Source: Patescibacteria group bacterium
Lineage (GTDB): Bacteria > Patescibacteriota > Patescibacteriia > JBDRGY01
Length of the DNA stretch: 64,000 bases
Assembly (NCBI GenBank): GCA_043817315.1
Contig: JBDRGY010000006.1
Coordinates: forward strand, 18,077 to 82,076
Reading direction: 5' to 3'
This document shows, piece after piece, positions 44,150-53,962 of the stretch; the first letter of the stretch is position 1, and each line of letters opens with the position of its first letter. The notes beneath the pieces were generated by a model. That model was not told the DNA's origin, ran no database searches, and saw only the letters and a list, made by a program, of their open reading frames with translations. The position numbers and the translations under genes are program-made.

Positions 44150-44485
44150 TCACACTTTCATTTTTTTAAATAGTCTGCCGATTTCCTGTGCGATTCTCGA
44201 AAAATCTTCTTTGGTCGCCCTGGGCAGACTTACTATTACATAATCATGTTGCGCTGGAATCTGGGACAAGAGGGGACGAATTATTTCTGTTATCTGCCGT
44301 TTTAATTTGTTGCGTACTGGTGCCGATTTGCTGACTTTATTGGAAATTACGATCCCGAAACGCGACTGCTGATATTTGTTCGGCAGGTACCTTAAAATAA
44401 AAATCGGGCTGGCTGCTTTTTTTCCGTCTTTATAAACCCGTTGAAAATCCTTCTTTTTAGCTAGTCGATTTGCTTTTGCTAACAT
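44150..44485 (-). CDS. rnpA: ribonuclease P protein component
   Basis: [14 protein letters not shown]…[23 protein letters not shown] is typical of RnpA. Lies immediately downstream of rpmH. Confidence 0.8.
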   Translation of the reverse strand: MLAKANRLAKKKDFQRVYKDGKKAASPIFILRYLPNKYQQSRFGIVISNKVSKSAPVRNKLKRQITEIIRPLLSQIPAQHDYVIVSLPRATKEDFSRIAQEIGRLFKKMKV

Positions 44486-44486
44486 A

Positions 44487-44624
44487 CTAAGCCGCTAGGC
44501 GTTTTCGTTTTTTTAAGCGTCTTCTTTTTATCACCTTTCGGCCGGTCCGGGTTGCGGCACGGGCCCGAAAGCCAAATCTTTTTTTTCTTCTCTTTTTCTT
44601 GGGTTGATAAGTTCTTTTAGGCAT
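44487..44624 (-). CDS. rpmH: 50S ribosomal protein L34
   Basis: Hand-translated minus-strand [48 protein letters not shown] (45 aa), below the ORF-track length cut-off. Canonical L34 sequence and position upstream of rnpA. Confidence 0.8.
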   Translation of the reverse strand: MPKRTYQPKKKRRKKRFGFRARAATRTGRKVIKRRRLKKRKRLAA

Positions 44625-44844
44625 TTTCTTCTTTCTTAACAAATTTCTCATTTAGTTTAACAATTTATAGCATTTACGTCAAAAATTTGATCCCCATAAA
44701 TACCTCTAAAAAAACAGGCGTTCTTATCCTCCCTTAATCCACACTTTGTTAACATATTATTAACTTTAGGGGTGTTTTTATTGGGTTTCTTTTGTGTTAT
44801 AGTCAGAGGGCGACTTTATTTTTTTACACTTTTTTCCCGCTGCT

Positions 44845-46206
44845 ATGGACAAAGATCAGTTGTGGCAAGCCACTTTAGGCGAATTAGAGTTGTCGATTTC
44901 TAAGGCCAATTTCACCACTTGGTTTAAAAATACTTTTATTTCTTCATACGAAAACGATAAAGTAATTATTGCTGCGCCCAACGCTTTTACCAAGGCATGG
45001 TTGGAGCAAAAATACCATAAAGCTATTCTAAAAGCCCTCCAAAACGTTACTGGTAACGTTAAGGAGGTTATTTATAAAGTCGAAAATATTAAGACCGGGG
45101 ACAAGAAAGAGCCCAAAAAAGAAGTGGCCAAAATAAAAGAAGTGGCCCAAAGAATTGAAGATGAAAAAAGAGATTCTTTTAATAAATTCGGTATAAATCC
45201 TAAATACACTTTCGAAAGTTATGTCGTGGGCAAGGCTAACGAATTAGCCAAAGCTGCCTGTCATGCGGTAGCTGAAAAACCCGGTCTTGTTTACAATCCT
45301 TTATTTCTTTATGGCGGTGTAGGGCTGGGTAAAACCCATCTTATGCAGGCTATTGCCAATTATGTTTTGGCTAAGGATAAAAGTAAAAAAATACTATATG
45401 TTCCTAGTGAAAAATTTACCAATGAATTTATCCAATCGGTTTCTAATGGTAAAATAAGCAGCTTCAAAGATACTTATCGTACAGCTGATGTTCTTTTGAT
45501 TGACGATATCCAGTTTTTGGCTGGTAAAGAGGGTACACAGGAGGAATTTTTTCACACCTTTAACGCCCTGCATCAAGCCAACAAGCAAATTGTATTAAGT
45601 TCAGATCGTCCCCCTAAGGCCATCCCAGCCCTGGAACAACGATTAATTTCTCGGTTTGAATGGGGTATGATTGCAGACATTGCCTCTCCAGATTTAGAGA
45701 CTCGCATTGCTATTCTGGACACTAAATGCAGAGAAAAGGGCGTAAAAATAAACCGTGAAATTCTTAACTATATCGGCACCTCGATTCATAGTAATGTTCG
45801 GGAATTAGAGGGAGCGCTTAATAAGATCGTAGCCTACTCCCAACTAAATAACTCTGAACCCGACCTAGAGGCTGCTAAAAATGTACTTTCTTCGTTAGTT
45901 TCTGCTTCTCCTAATAAGGCGGTTACGGCCAAACAGCTGATCAGCACTGTGGCTAGTTATTTTGACATTTCTCCTGAAGATTTGGGAGGCCAAAGCCGCA
46001 AAAAAGAATTAGTAGTACCTAGACAAATTGCTATGTATCTGATGCGAGATGATTTGAAGTGTTCCTACCCCAATATAGGTCAAGAGTTAGGCGGGCGTGA
46101 TCACACCACCGCTATGCATGCCCATTCAAAAATAATCAAAGAAATTGAGAAGGATGAAAAGACCAGGCAAGACATAAATTTGATTCGCCAAAGACTCTAC
46201 AGCTGA
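44845..46206 (+). CDS. dnaA: chromosomal replication initiator DnaA
   Basis: AAA+ Walker A GGVGLGKTHL, sensor motifs, and a C-terminal DNA-binding domain. Confidence 0.9.
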   Translation: MDKDQLWQATLGELELSISKANFTTWFKNTFISSYENDKVIIAAPNAFTKAWLEQKYHKAILKALQNVTGNVKEVIYKVENIKTGDKKEPKKEVAKIKEVAQRIEDEKRDSFNKFGINPKYTFESYVVGKANELAKAACHAVAEKPGLVYNPLFLYGGVGLGKTHLMQAIANYVLAKDKSKKILYVPSEKFTNEFIQSVSNGKISSFKDTYRTADVLLIDDIQFLAGKEGTQEEFFHTFNALHQANKQIVLSSDRPPKAIPALEQRLISRFEWGMIADIASPDLETRIAILDTKCREKGVKINREILNYIGTSIHSNVRELEGALNKIVAYSQLNNSEPDLEAAKNVLSSLVSASPNKAVTAKQLISTVASYFDISPEDLGGQSRKKELVVPRQIAMYLMRDDLKCSYPNIGQELGGRDHTTAMHAHSKIIKEIEKDEKTRQDINLIRQRLYS

Positions 46207-46459
46207 TGTTAATAACATCTGTATTGTTCTGTTAAAAAAATGAGGATAAATAATCTACTTATTAAGACCTGTTGTTTTTTTAAAACTAATCAACAGTCTG
46301 TCCCGAAAGTTCTTAACAAGTTCTTCACAAAAAAATTTTTATTAAATCTTGAAATGGTCAATTGTTTCAACAGGATTACGCTTTCAATTAATTTAATCCA
46401 CAAATCCACAGCCCTTATTACTACTACTAAATAATTAAATTCAAATAAGGAATAATTAT
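46207..46459. other. candidate oriC (dnaA-dnaN intergenic): DnaA-box-like 9-mers plus AT-rich unwinding element
   Basis: TGAGGATAA (46241-46249), TAATCCACA (46394-46402), AAATCCACA (46402-46410), each within 1-2 mismatches of TTATCCACA/TGTGGATAA, then a very AT-rich tract at 46411-46459. A second box cluster sits upstream of dnaA (TTATCCTCC 44724-44732; TAATCCACA 44735-44743). Confidence 0.5.
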
Positions 46460-47557
46460 ATGAAATTCTCTTGCACCCAAGAAAATCTAAATCATGGCCT
46501 GAACGTGGTTAATCACGTAGCCAGTAAAAATGCCAACTTGCCGATTCTGGCTAATGTTTTAATTGAAGTCGACAAAACGGGTATTAAACTTTCTACCACC
46601 AATCTTGAAGTTGGCGTTTCTAGTACCGTGCGGGGCAAAATCGAAGAGCCTGGTAAACTTACCGTGCCGGCTCGTCTTTTTGCAGATTACGTAAGCTTGC
46701 TACCCAATGAAAAAGTTGACTTTGAGTCAGAAGAAAATGATTTGAAAGTATCCTGCCAAAAGTCACACACTAAAATAAAAGGGATGCAGGCAGATGAATT
46801 TCCGGTGATCCCCCAAGTAGACAAAAAAGACAAGTGCCAAATAAAGGCCAAGGACTTTAAGGCAAGTATTGCGTCGGTAATTTTTGCTGTAGCCTACGAT
46901 GAGTCTCGGCCAGAGATCTCAGGTGTTTTTACGCAGTTTAAGGACAAGGAAATGACATTGGTAGCCACAGATAGTTATCGGTTAGCCGAGAAAAAGGTGC
47001 AGCTGAGCGACGGATCAAAAAAGGAGCAAGGAGTGATTGTGCCAGTCAGAACCTATCAAGAGCTGATGCGTGTTTTGGAAAGCGAAGAGGATATTTTAGA
47101 AATTAATTTAAATGAAAACCAGATACAATTCAGTCTGGGCGATGTTGAACTGGTTTCCAGGGTTATTGATGGCCAATATCCAGATTATCAACAGATAATT
47201 CCTGCAGAACAGCGAACAACAGCAGTGGTTAACTTGCCAGAGTTCGTCAAGGCCATTAAAACCGCTTCCCTTTTTTGTAAAAGCGGTATCAACGATATCA
47301 ATCTAAATTTCGAGAAGGATAAGATTAAGATCCACACTTCGAACACCCAAATCGGAGAGAACGAATCGGAAGTAGAAGCCAAGATTCAGGGAGATAATAA
47401 CCAGATTGTATTTAACTACCGTTATTTGTTGGATGGCCTGGCTAACTTAGACGGAGAAGAGACCGAAATAAGATTGATTGACAGCGTTAATCCTGGCCTA
47501 TTGGTGCCCCCAGGACAGTCTGATTATCTGTATATTATAATGCCGATAAAACAGTAG
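46460..47557 (+). CDS. dnaN: DNA polymerase III beta sliding clamp
   Basis: 365 aa; N-terminus MKFSCTQENLNHGLNVV and a three-domain clamp-like profile. Directly downstream of dnaA. Confidence 0.9.
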   Translation: MKFSCTQENLNHGLNVVNHVASKNANLPILANVLIEVDKTGIKLSTTNLEVGVSSTVRGKIEEPGKLTVPARLFADYVSLLPNEKVDFESEENDLKVSCQKSHTKIKGMQADEFPVIPQVDKKDKCQIKAKDFKASIASVIFAVAYDESRPEISGVFTQFKDKEMTLVATDSYRLAEKKVQLSDGSKKEQGVIVPVRTYQELMRVLESEEDILEINLNENQIQFSLGDVELVSRVIDGQYPDYQQIIPAEQRTTAVVNLPEFVKAIKTASLFCKSGINDINLNFEKDKIKIHTSNTQIGENESEVEAKIQGDNNQIVFNYRYLLDGLANLDGEETEIRLIDSVNPGLLVPPGQSDYLYIIMPIKQ

Positions 47558-47561
47558 GTTG

Positions 47562-47858
47562 ATGATAGTTAAAATAAATCAAACGCTGTTAAAAAAGTCT
47601 TTAAGGCGATTGGGTGTTGAGGAGCAAGTAGAAGCCAGTCAGGTGCTTGAAGAATTTCAAAGACTAATAGAAGGGCAACTGGGTAAAAAAACCAGGCGGC
47701 TAGTAAAACCGCTTTATCTTAAAAACCAAACTCTCCACATCTCAGTTACTAGCTCTGTTTTGGCCACTGAAATAAAGATTCACCAAGGACAAATTATCAA
47801 AAATCTTAACTATAAATTCAAAAAAACCTTAGTAAAAAACCTAAGGTTTTTGGTTTAA
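47562..47858 (+). CDS. dciA: DUF721/DciA-like protein
   Basis: ~99 aa directly after dnaN. C-terminal pattern …LHISVTSSVLATEIKIHQGQIIKNLN…KNLRFLV resembles the DUF721 ending (…IRFRV). Confidence 0.5.
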   Translation: MIVKINQTLLKKSLRRLGVEEQVEASQVLEEFQRLIEGQLGKKTRRLVKPLYLKNQTLHISVTSSVLATEIKIHQGQIIKNLNYKFKKTLVKNLRFLV

Positions 47859-47862
47859 GTAA

Positions 47863-50697
47863 TTATTCTACAGTCAGGGCCAGGTTATTACTTTTAGTAA
47901 CCTGGTTTTTGGTATTGGTTATTCTAAAATGAATTTGATAGGTATTGACTGCTGGTGCTTCTTCCCAGGTAAAATTAACATTTGCAGACTCAGGGTTTTC
48001 TGACGAGGCGATTGAACGAGTGATATTATCGGTGGGGCTAAGCCAGAACAGTTCTACTTTTTTGATACCCGCTGGATCAAAGGCAAACACAGAGATGGTG
48101 TAGGGAAAGTCGCCAGTGTCTACAGTGGTCTTTCCCGATGGGGAAGAAAAGTAATAAATAGCTGAGCGGTCGGTAAGGGTTAGGGTAAAATCAATTTCGT
48201 CTTCAGAAAAAAAATCATTTTTATTATAAACCACTGCTTTGAGGGTGTGTTTTCCATTCTCCAGGCTGGTAATTGTATAAGAAAGAGTATAAGGAGCGCT
48301 GGCAGCACTACCGATTAGCTGGTTGTCAATATAAAACTTGACTGCCTTGACAGCGACAGGAGAAATAGCAGAGGTGGTGATTTCTATAGTCTGGGAGGTA
48401 ACCTTAGCCCCATCAGCGGGAGATTCAATAGTTATGGTTGGCTCAAGACTAGGTTGATTGCGTAGGTTGCAGTCTTCATAAGTGACGTCTGAAATCAGAT
48501 AGTCCCCTTTGGCGCTAGCCCATCTTTGGACAGGGCTTTCCCAAAAGGAATATTGAGGATCCAAAGAAGGATTTTCCGGAGGATCTCCTTGCGGGTTGTT
48601 TTTGTCAACAAAATACAGAATGTTATGGGTAGTTTTTAACTCTTTTTCCACTACGTATTTTTCAGGATAATCACTGAGGCAGTTTTCGGGGATAACACGA
48701 TTGGTGAACTTGTCAACCTTAACTTTAGCCAAGGTGTCGATCTCCCCTCTTAATATGGGTTTGTCCGCCTTGTTGGAGGCGGGGGCCTTAAACGTTTCCA
48801 GAGGGTGATTGGCGGTAGCCTTATCCATAAATTCGTGCCAAATAGGAGCGGCTACTACAGAGCCAGCAGCACCAAGGTTCATTTCTGTATTGTCATTGTT
48901 GCCCACCCAAACACCAGTTGCCAAAGAAGGAGTATAACCAATGGTCCAGGCGTCCCGATAGTCTTGCGTGGTACCGGTTTTAGCAGCCACTTGACGGGAG
49001 CCAAGGTTGAGGTAATTTTGGCCGCCAAAAACATAGGCCCTGGCACTGTTATCAGACAAAACACTATTTATCTGTCGGCAAGCCTCTTCGTCAAGAACTT
49101 CGGTTTCTACATCTTGTTTCTCTTCTAAAATTTCACCGCTTGAGTCCTCGATTCTTAAGATAGCGGCAACTGGATGACGCTTACCCTCTCTGGCAAAAAC
49201 TGAAAAGGCAGCAACATGATCTAGTAATTTAACCTCGCCGCCGCCCAGAACCAGAGAAAGACCGTAGCGCTCCCGATCATTAAGAGTGGTATAGCCCATT
49301 TCGTGCGCCAGATCCAAGACATTGTCAACGCCGGCTAGATATAAAGTTTTAACAGCCGGGATATTCAAGGAGCCAGCTAGGGCTTGGCGCATAGAAACCG
49401 GGCCGCGCTCAGCCAAATCATAGTTTTTGGGAGTATAAGGGGTGCCACCGGTGCCAAAATCAGTTACCAGATCAAAAAGCATTGTTTCGGGAGTAAAACC
49501 TTTTTGGAAAGCGGAGGCATAGGCAATTGGTTTAAAAGAAGAACCAGGCTGTCTGTCTCTGATGGTGACATTGACGTTGCCGTCGTTCTCCAGATCAAAA
49601 TAATCGCGGGAGCCAACCATGGTTAGAATTTCCCCATTCTTGGGGTCAACAGCAACCAGGGCGGCGTTGCCTGCCCCGTACTGTTCGTATTTGGCAGCAC
49701 CATTTTCCACGGCCTGCTCGGCCATTTCCTGTAGTTGCATGTCAAGAGTAGTAAAGACCTTAAGCCCGCCTTGTTCAATTATTTTTTCCCCGTATTTCTC
49801 GGTCAGGATTTCCTTTACGTACATTACAAAATGAGGAGCCTGGATGGATCCGGAGCGGTATGAGTAAGTCAACTCTTGATTTTTAGCCCCTTCTGCCTCC
49901 TCGGCGGTGATAAAATCCAGTTCAACCATTTGGTCAAGCACCCATTGCTGTCTCCAAATCAAATCATCTTGATGACTGCCATAAGGAGAGTAATAAGTAG
50001 GGGCCTGGGGTAGGGCCGCTAAAATGGCTGATTCAGCTAAAGTAAGCTCTTTGGCTGATTTACCGAAATAACCGTTGGCGGCTGATTCAATTCCGTAAAA
50101 GTTGGAGCCGTACGGGATTTCATTGAGATACATTTGCAGAATTTGGTCTTTGGAAAACTTTCTTTCTATTTGATAAGTAAGGATAGCCTCTTTGATTTTA
50201 CGGGTCCAGGTTTTTTCGATGGTTAGAATGGCATTTTTGACAAACTGTTGGGTGATAGTAGAGGCACCCTCTGCCTTTCTTCTTTGAATAACGTCTTTGA
50301 CAACAGCGGTGATAATTCTTTTTAAATTAAAACCGGTATGCTGGTAAAAATTATGGTCCTCGGCGGCGACAGTAGCCCACTCCATATAGTCAGGAATTTC
50401 TTCCAAAGGAATAATAGTTCTTCTTTCCTCTCCTGATATTTCATAGAGCACCTGTTCACCGGTGCGGTCATAGATCTTGGTGCTTTGAGCCACTTGCCTC
50501 TCTATTAGTTTATCCGGGTCGGGCAGATCTTTGGAAAACCAGGCAAAGACAGCGATAATAATAATTACCCCGGCAATAAAAGTAATGCCCAAAATAGGCA
50601 ACAGATTCTTTTTCCAATTGCCCTTTTTAAAAATTGGCTTCCTGGGCCTTTTATCTTTTTTTTGCTTATCTTTCCAGGTTAATTGCGGAATTGGCAT
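47863..50697 (-). CDS. class A penicillin-binding protein (PBP1A-type transglycosylase/transpeptidase) with extended C-terminal Ig-like region
   Basis: N-terminal TM helix. GT51 motifs (…AAEDHNFYQHTGFNLKRI…), transpeptidase motifs (SSFKP, SLN, KTGT), and a ~250-aa beta-rich C-terminal extension. Confidence 0.85.
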   Translation of the reverse strand: MPIPQLTWKDKQKKDKRPRKPIFKKGNWKKNLLPILGITFIAGVIIIIAVFAWFSKDLPDPDKLIERQVAQSTKIYDRTGEQVLYEISGEERRTIIPLEEIPDYMEWATVAAEDHNFYQHTGFNLKRIITAVVKDVIQRRKAEGASTITQQFVKNAILTIEKTWTRKIKEAILTYQIERKFSKDQILQMYLNEIPYGSNFYGIESAANGYFGKSAKELTLAESAILAALPQAPTYYSPYGSHQDDLIWRQQWVLDQMVELDFITAEEAEGAKNQELTYSYRSGSIQAPHFVMYVKEILTEKYGEKIIEQGGLKVFTTLDMQLQEMAEQAVENGAAKYEQYGAGNAALVAVDPKNGEILTMVGSRDYFDLENDGNVNVTIRDRQPGSSFKPIAYASAFQKGFTPETMLFDLVTDFGTGGTPYTPKNYDLAERGPVSMRQALAGSLNIPAVKTLYLAGVDNVLDLAHEMGYTTLNDRERYGLSLVLGGGEVKLLDHVAAFSVFAREGKRHPVAAILRIEDSSGEILEEKQDVETEVLDEEACRQINSVLSDNSARAYVFGGQNYLNLGSRQVAAKTGTTQDYRDAWTIGYTPSLATGVWVGNNDNTEMNLGAAGSVVAAPIWHEFMDKATANHPLETFKAPASNKADKPILRGEIDTLAKVKVDKFTNRVIPENCLSDYPEKYVVEKELKTTHNILYFVDKNNPQGDPPENPSLDPQYSFWESPVQRWASAKGDYLISDVTYEDCNLRNQPSLEPTITIESPADGAKVTSQTIEITTSAISPVAVKAVKFYIDNQLIGSAASAPYTLSYTITSLENGKHTLKAVVYNKNDFFSEDEIDFTLTLTDRSAIYYFSSPSGKTTVDTGDFPYTISVFAFDPAGIKKVELFWLSPTDNITRSIASSENPESANVNFTWEEAPAVNTYQIHFRITNTKNQVTKSNNLALTVE

Positions 50698-50965
50698 AAA
50701 ATAGGCTTGACAATAATCTCAATTTATGATAGATTACCATGACGCTTTGTGCCTGTAATCATAGGGTGAAACAGCGTTTTTGGCAACCGGGGCTGCAACA
50801 GAAAAGGGGATCGGTCATGAGAGTGCCGCCGGAAAACCAGGGCCGCCATGGTGGCCAGAAGAAAAAGGAAGATGACAGGGACGAACAGTCCACTCTAGAG
50901 CGTCATCCTCCCAGGAGGATGAGAGAGCTCGAAAGAAGAGCCAAGAAGAAAAAGAAACAGTCCAA

Positions 50966-52087
50966 CTAGTGCCAAGTGCGAGCCGAAGATCCAGACTCCA
51001 ACATTTCTTTGTTGGGAATTGAGAGAGCATCTCTAACCGGATCTTCCTCGCCATCAGTCGTGACTCCTGCGTCCGTGTGGGAGTCTTTTTTTATACTTTC
51101 CAGATACTTGTAAAGATTGAAATGTTGGTAGGCATTATCCGCTAAAGTTGGCTCCAGGCGGCGCAAGTCAACCTCGTTAACTTCAAGAAAGTTAAGTAAC
51201 TCCCGAAAATTATCGGTGTTAATTTCGTCGGAAAGATTATTGATTTTTTTCACGCCTTCCGATAAGTCCTTTAGAGTTTCCAACATAGACCGGTCTTCTT
51301 TTGGCAACTTGCCTCCCTTTTTGCCAAGCTTAAACTGCCACAACTTGCGGGTGCTAAGTTCGATGTAGTAACCTAATTGGAATTGCAATTCCTCTTGTAA
51401 ATCTTTAGCTACCGGGCTCTCGGCCAGCTCGTATTTGGGGGAGTTGCCATTAAGAGTGTCCACGAATTTTTGGTACAACTGCCTCCCCTTCTCGGTCTTT
51501 ACCCCCAAAACGACATGAGGCATCTTGATTGGGCCGCACATTTCAGGATTATCTTCCGGTTTGAAATAACGTACATTATTGAGGGTGCCAGCTTCGATGT
51601 TGGTAATATCGCGAATAATCTTTTGGTTAACCTGATCGGTTTCCGAGGTGCAGACGACATCTACGGCCAGTAAAAGGGGCTTGCCCTCTGCCTGATTAAA
51701 GACTAGCACCATATCGGTGCCATGACGGAAATCGTCTAATTCAGAGCCGGGCATGACGCTACAGTCAGGGCCTACCCAGTTGTGATAATAACAGCCTTCC
51801 ATCATGCAATACTCTAGCTTACGTCCCAGCTTGGTTTGCCTCTCAGTAATTGCATCAATATTTTCAGCAAAACCCCTTTTGGTTCTTTCTACCCACTTGG
51901 TATCCTTGTCAATTGTATCGGTGGAGATGGTGCCGGCAAACTGCTCAGGTCGGGGTCGGGAAGTATCCCATTTGGCTTCAATCTTGTCATGAAAAAGCTG
52001 ATCCTCTACTACCTCTTCATCTCTTTCGGCCAGTTCGCTAAACATTTTGCTGTCCAGGCCACTGCTGATGCCGTGACTACGACGCAT
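50966..52087 (-). CDS. hypothetical 373-aa cytoplasmic protein, no recognisable family
   Basis: Long ORF with no TM segments, acidic N-terminus, Cys/His-containing segment CMMEGCYYHNWVGPDC. Followed at its 3' side by a GC-rich non-coding element. Confidence 0.5.
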   Translation of the reverse strand: MRRSHGISSGLDSKMFSELAERDEEVVEDQLFHDKIEAKWDTSRPRPEQFAGTISTDTIDKDTKWVERTKRGFAENIDAITERQTKLGRKLEYCMMEGCYYHNWVGPDCSVMPGSELDDFRHGTDMVLVFNQAEGKPLLLAVDVVCTSETDQVNQKIIRDITNIEAGTLNNVRYFKPEDNPEMCGPIKMPHVVLGVKTEKGRQLYQKFVDTLNGNSPKYELAESPVAKDLQEELQFQLGYYIELSTRKLWQFKLGKKGGKLPKEDRSMLETLKDLSEGVKKINNLSDEINTDNFRELLNFLEVNEVDLRRLEPTLADNAYQHFNLYKYLESIKKDSHTDAGVTTDGEEDPVRDALSIPNKEMLESGSSARTWH

Positions 52088-52976
52088 ACTTTTTACGATT
52101 AGTTATTAGAGCTGCTCCTAAAATATTGGAATGATATGGAGTTTTAGATTTCACAATTTTGGTTTTTAACTGTTCAGGATATAATAATAGTTTTTTCACT
52201 TTTTGTCTAGCCGGGTTAATAATCGGAGCCACAGTGCTAAGTCCTCCGCCGATGACAATAATATGGGGGTCATAGGCGTAGATAATATTAGCCAGACCAA
52301 TGGCCAAGTAATCAGACATCGTTTTAAGTAGTAACGAAGCGGCTCTCTCCCCTTTTTTGGCTGCCGCTACGATTTCATAAGTATCTTTTTTCTGCCCAGT
52401 TCTCTTCTTGTAAAGATAGATCATGGCGTTACCAGAGACGTAAGATTCAAAATGACCAAATCCTCCACACTTACATTTTTCCCCGTCCTTTTGCACTATG
52501 ATATGTCCAGCCTCTACAAGATTTTGACTGCCAGGATAAATTTTCTTATTAATAGTCAGAGCAAAGCCAATGCCGGTGCCTAAAGTTATACCGGCCACAA
52601 TAGGATATACTTTACCTTGTCCTATAATTGTTTCGGCCAGAACAAAACAGTTGGGATCATGCTCGATGAAGGTGGGCAGGCCAAGGCGTTGTTGTAAGAT
52701 TTTGGCTACTGCAAGATGACGACGAGCCCGCGGAAGATTATGACAATAGTGAAGAACTCCCTTGTGAGGATCAATGTTTCCAGGCAAAGCAACACCAATT
52801 TTTTTAACAAGCGGTGTTTTTAACTTTTTTGTAACATCGACTATGTCCTCAATTAAATATTTCCCCTGGGCTCGTATCGCTTTCTTGGAAAAAGCGACAA
52901 CCTGGTTATCAGAAACCAACCCGGCCTTAACCGAGGTACCCCCCACATCAATTCCTATAATAGTGCCTTTTTTCAT
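52077..52976 (-). CDS. ROK-family sugar kinase (glucokinase-like)
   Basis: N-terminal GIDVGGTSVKAGLV and ROK Zn motif CKCGGFGHFE…. Confidence 0.8.
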   Translation of the reverse strand: MKKGTIIGIDVGGTSVKAGLVSDNQVVAFSKKAIRAQGKYLIEDIVDVTKKLKTPLVKKIGVALPGNIDPHKGVLHYCHNLPRARRHLAVAKILQQRLGLPTFIEHDPNCFVLAETIIGQGKVYPIVAGITLGTGIGFALTINKKIYPGSQNLVEAGHIIVQKDGEKCKCGGFGHFESYVSGNAMIYLYKKRTGQKKDTYEIVAAAKKGERAASLLLKTMSDYLAIGLANIIYAYDPHIIVIGGGLSTVAPIINPARQKVKKLLLYPEQLKTKIVKSKTPYHSNILGAALITNRKKYAS

Positions 52977-52987
52977 AACCTAATTAT

Positions 52988-53023
52988 AACAAAAACAAGC
53001 AGTTATAAGAAGTTTCTGCTTGT
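52988..53023 (-). terminator. intrinsic terminator after the galT-like gene (minus strand)
   Basis: Minus strand reads ACAAGCAG-(13 nt)-CTGCTTGT followed by TTTTTGTT. Confidence 0.45.
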
Positions 53024-53032
53024 TCTATTGAT

Positions 53033-53962
53033 CTATTTTTTGTTATAGAATTTAGCTGCTACCTCCGGGGGGACGGAATTAATCACTACCCCTGAACCCA
53101 ATTCCACTCCAGCCCAGATACTTTCGCGGGGTTGAATTTTTAGATAGAAATGCTGGTCAGGATCTTTAATCACCTGATGTAGAAAGTAATTATAGGAAAT
53201 GCCGTTCTTATTTAGTTTGCCGATAATTTTCTTCAAAGCCTTGGCAAAAGAAAGCCGCTCCTCTTTAGTCAATTCAGTAACGTTGTCCGGATGCCGTCTG
53301 GGGAATATCCAGACTTCATAGTGGTAGGCGGAGGCGTAAGGACAAAAGGCGATGACATATTTATCGGAGTAAACCTGGCGGGGGCCGCCCTGTTCTTTCT
53401 TGATGATTTCACAAAAGGGACAGATGCCATTTTGAGTTTGATATTGATGGGCTTTGGTTAATTCATCTAAGACATCAGGGGGCAATAGCTCAGAGGCAAA
53501 GATCTGGGAGTGAGCGTGGTAGATAGAAGCACCGGCTTTGCCACCGTAGTTTTTAAAAACCAAGACGTATTCAATTTTCTTGTCCTGAGATAGCTTTTTG
53601 GTACGATCAGCATAAGCATCGATAATTTTAGTGACGTGAGTGACGGGTAAATCACCGATTTCTTTACTGTGGTCGGGAGTTTCCACTATTACCTCTTGGT
53701 AGCCATACGCCTTGGGGTTGTCCGGGGTCAGGGCAGGAAATTTATTTTTGATGGCTTTGACAAACCATTTGTCTTTAGGTCCGTAGGTGGTTACTTCTAA
53801 ATCTTTCTCTAGATTGCCCGGGCAAAATGGGCAAGAATGTAAAAACTCAATCTTGGTCTCCTCTTTGATGTCTCTGGGCCGCTTGGCTCTTTTGGGTGTA
53901 ATAACAACGTAACGATCCAAGAAATAATCTTTGCGGATTTCTGATTGGTGATTTTTAACCAT
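53033..53962 (-). CDS. galT: galactose-1-phosphate uridylyltransferase-like HIT-family nucleotidyltransferase
   Basis: Zn-site CPFCPG and active-site SIYHAHSQI (HxHxQ) as in class I GalT. Confidence 0.7.
   Translation of the reverse strand: MVKNHQSEIRKDYFLDRYVVITPKRAKRPRDIKEETKIEFLHSCPFCPGNLEKDLEVTTYGPKDKWFVKAIKNKFPALTPDNPKAYGYQEVIVETPDHSKEIGDLPVTHVTKIIDAYADRTKKLSQDKKIEYVLVFKNYGGKAGASIYHAHSQIFASELLPPDVLDELTKAHQYQTQNGICPFCEIIKKEQGGPRQVYSDKYVIAFCPYASAYHYEVWIFPRRHPDNVTELTKEERLSFAKALKKIIGKLNKNGISYNYFLHQVIKDPDQHFYLKIQPRESIWAGVELGSGVVINSVPPEVAAKFYNKK

Noticed and set aside
50739-50969. 76-aa plus-strand ORF (Lys/Arg/Glu-rich) in the GC-rich element
   Set aside because: It starts at the predicted transcription start with no SD, is of low complexity, and overlaps the convergent gene's end. 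Treated as non-coding.
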